A DNA stretch of 63,134 nt, counting the filler, from Pelomyxa schiedti (lineage: Eukaryota > Protista > Evosea): assembly GCA_020536535.1 (NCBI GenBank). It is 12 parts of 12 records of this genome, joined end to end, with 100 filler letters (N's around TTAATTAATTAA, not from the genome) between each part and the next. Parts side by side here need not be neighbours in the genome. Positions count along the whole stretch, not along the records: positions 60,092 to 61,775 come from JAHLWZ010002331.1; positions 61,876 to 63,134 come from JAHLWZ010002644.1; 10 more parts are not named here. One strand, 5' to 3'. The notes under the pieces were generated by a model. It was not told the origin of the DNA and made no database searches. It saw nothing but the letters and a program-made list of their open reading frames with translations. Made by a program: the position numbers and the translations under genes. Positions 60,840 through 63,134 of the stretch are shown here, piece by piece. Position 1 is the stretch's first letter. Each line of letters begins with the position of its first letter.

Positions 60840-61775
60840 ACATTGGCTGGCACCAGAGTATAATAAAAAAACAGAGTTGAAAAGCAATCTGCAGTGCAGT
60901 GCCACCATACAGATGTCACAGTAATAACAAGTATTAGACCGGTGGCCATTCAACCAGCAAAGCATACAATGCTGTACTTTCCCTCTGTCTTTGAAATGGG
61001 CATGGAAAGAAATGGACACCTTAAACCTGTGATAGCAATTATCTGGTGTAATCTGCACCAGCTTCAATAACAGAGCCTGGTCATTGAATAGAAAGAAGGA
61101 GGAGGCCAGACAAGGGTTTTGCTCCTTGACAGAAGTGGGAGGATACTGCCCTCAATAGCAGCGATTTTTTTGATGGTAGTGGAGATAAACAAAGTCACTG
61201 CACAGTCTCCACAACTAAAAAATTCTGTTTTTCTCATTTGACTTGCCCCATGTATGAGATCACCTCTCGAAACCTTTTCTAAATTCCAGTAGTTTCTGAT
61301 GCTTATGTAAATTCCCCCCAGTTGTCATCTGTGTTTAGGGTTGTTGTTGTCTTTGGGAGGAGACCTTGATCTTCAGGGTCTGGGTCAGTGTCAGTTGCAG
61401 GGTCATGGTCAAAGACACCAATGTAATCCTCAGGGTCAGGGTCGAAAAAGAGGCCACTGTGAACCTCAGTGTCTTGGATTGGGATGATGCATCAACACAT
61501 TGATACCAGAATGTTGATCCTTGTCTTTGTTGGATTTGCCAACCTTGTCCTTTCTGGAAGCCACTCGGCTCCAAACCACGCTGTGTGGTGATGGGTCAAA
61601 AAAAAGATCAAAAAGGGTAGGTGAAGGTGGGAGCACCAAGGAGAAGGGTAACATAGCCCATGTACTTGGCTCCATCCATGAAGCACTCATACAGGACCTT
61701 GTCAGGCACAAGCTCTTTGTGGATAAGAGCCCTCTGTCCTGGCCGAAGGGTGACTGTCGTCACAAAGGGATGTTC
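60840..61775 (-). mobile_element. piggyBac-like transposase C-terminal remnant
   Basis: HCMLCWLNGHRSNTCYYCDICMVALHC resembles the piggyBac C-terminal Cys-rich domain; upstream frames are broken, so the extent is uncertain. Confidence 0.5.
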
Positions 61776-61875
61776 NNNNNNNNNNNNNNNNNNNNNNNNN
61801 NNNNNNNNNNNNNNNNNNNTTAATTAATTAANNNNNNNNNNNNNNNNNNNNNNNNNNNNNNNNNNNNNNNNNNNN

Positions 61876-62053
61876 GGGCTTATAAGGACTCGAAAACGAC
61901 TTGAAATCGAGGTGAACGATCAGGTAGATTTCCGCGAACTTGATTTCCTAAGATGTCAGGTCCGAGTGCTGACTCAGCAGGTCAGTCTCTCAGTCTTAGC
62001 GTTCGCACTCGTGCTCGCAGAGAGTTTGCTTGTGTATTCTACAGAATCACACA
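61876..62053 (-). mobile_element. End of the TG..CA element family
   Basis: Reverse complement of 19403-19579. Confidence 0.9.
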
Positions 62054-62441
62054 CTGTGAAGAGACTCAAGACATTCCTGCTCAAGAACCGCGGGTGTGAC
62101 GATCTGATAGTGAAGACATTCTCACTGTATGGTGGCAACACGAGGACAGGACCATGGACCATTGCACTTGACCATGCTACTGCCAATCTGAGTGCTGGTG
62201 CTCGTGAGTTCCCAATCTCCAACACCCTGCCGAAGTTCCAGTTTTGGAAGCTGTTATTGCTTGAGAACAACGGATGTTCACGCTCTCGTATGTGCAAGTT
62301 CGTCTTGGAGTATGTGGAGTTTATGGGTGTGAAAGAATCGCTGCTTTTTTTTATTTTCAGCAATCTCAAGACGTGTCACGTCGATGCACACCCACACGAT
62401 CGCTTTTTCTGAGAAGTTCTCGATCTCCATCACAACACAGG

Positions 62442-62957
62442 ATGACGTCGGAGCAGCCGCCTGTCCCACAGTGCAGTGTGTGCGGCGGGCTGGGGTGTCC
62501 CATAACCGATCCCGTGTTGTTCCCCGCGTCCAATTCAGCTGCCTCCTCCTCCTCCTCCACACCGTCGTCGTCTTCGTCGTCGTCGTCGTCGTGTAGGCAC
62601 GTCGTGTGCCGTGGGTGCTACCGCCACATCGCGTCAGTGGCAACACTCACCATGTTACGCGAACGTGCCCTGGTCGCTGTGTCCACGTCGACGAGTGGGG
62701 ATACCACTGGTAGTAGATGTAGAGGCAAACAGGTCAACAACTTGCCACCATCCGCACTTGGATCGCAACCAGGTTGGGCAAGTAGCCACGCAAAAGAATT
62801 AAAAATCAATCGTCTCAAGTGGCTGACAATGAACCACAGGCACCACACAGAGAGGAAGAGACAGCAGCAGTCCCAGTGTGATTTCAGTGCAATGCCCGGT
62901 GGCAGGCTGCGGGGCAACATCAGCCAGGGTCTGCGATGTGTCAACGCTCGTGTCTGA
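62442..62957 (+). CDS. RING-finger-like protein or pseudogene
   Basis: CSVC...DPV...CRHVVCRGC with a poly-Ser insert; the final CxxC pair is not evident. Confidence 0.4.
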   Translation: MTSEQPPVPQCSVCGGLGCPITDPVLFPASNSAASSSSSTPSSSSSSSSSCRHVVCRGCYRHIASVATLTMLRERALVAVSTSTSGDTTGSRCRGKQVNNLPPSALGSQPGWASSHAKELKINRLKWLTMNHRHHTERKRQQQSQCDFSAMPGGRLRGNISQGLRCVNARV

Positions 62958-63134
62958 TGCCAGTCCACAGCTCTCAATTGTTGGACCAGGCAGAACCAAT
63001 AACCGAGTCACTTGTTTTGACTGAAGAACACAAATGCCCCAAACATCCAAAGAAAGATCTTGATCTATTCTGTTTGGAGGAGAGGGATCCAATATGTTCA
63101 CTGTGTGCATTCAGTTCAGCTCACTCCTCCCACA

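Overview
This window is not one locus. It is 12 eukaryotic contigs joined by artificial N44-TTAATTAATTAA-N44 linkers, with three internal 100-N gaps. Genes carry many short (about 40-200 nt) GT-AG introns. The actin N-terminus ([13 protein letters not shown]) and an expanded 'xxQFxAL...RCG..SP...LW' gene family suggest an Archamoeba such as Pelomyxa (inference). Housekeeping content includes actin, UAP56/DDX39, Rap and Rac GTPases, a KCTD-type BTB protein, seven tRNA-like genes, piggyBac-like and LTR/gypsy-like repeats, and pseudogenes. The most striking item is at 13507-17328. Once five introns are removed, the apparently unrelated ORFs there join into one gene: a fungal-FAS-type starter acyltransferase, then a carrier domain, a condensation domain and the start of an adenylation domain (AT-T-C-A...). 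It sits head-to-head with an MFS transporter, so it is a candidate acyl-peptide biosynthetic locus in an amoeba. Other notable items are a DUF3223-RGG-RRM protein, an inverted first exon of UAP56, a 325-bp TG..CA element with a 4-bp TSD that truncates several genes, a perfect 27-bp hairpin, and a prokaryote-like gene pair. All family assignments come from motif recognition by eye; no searches were run.
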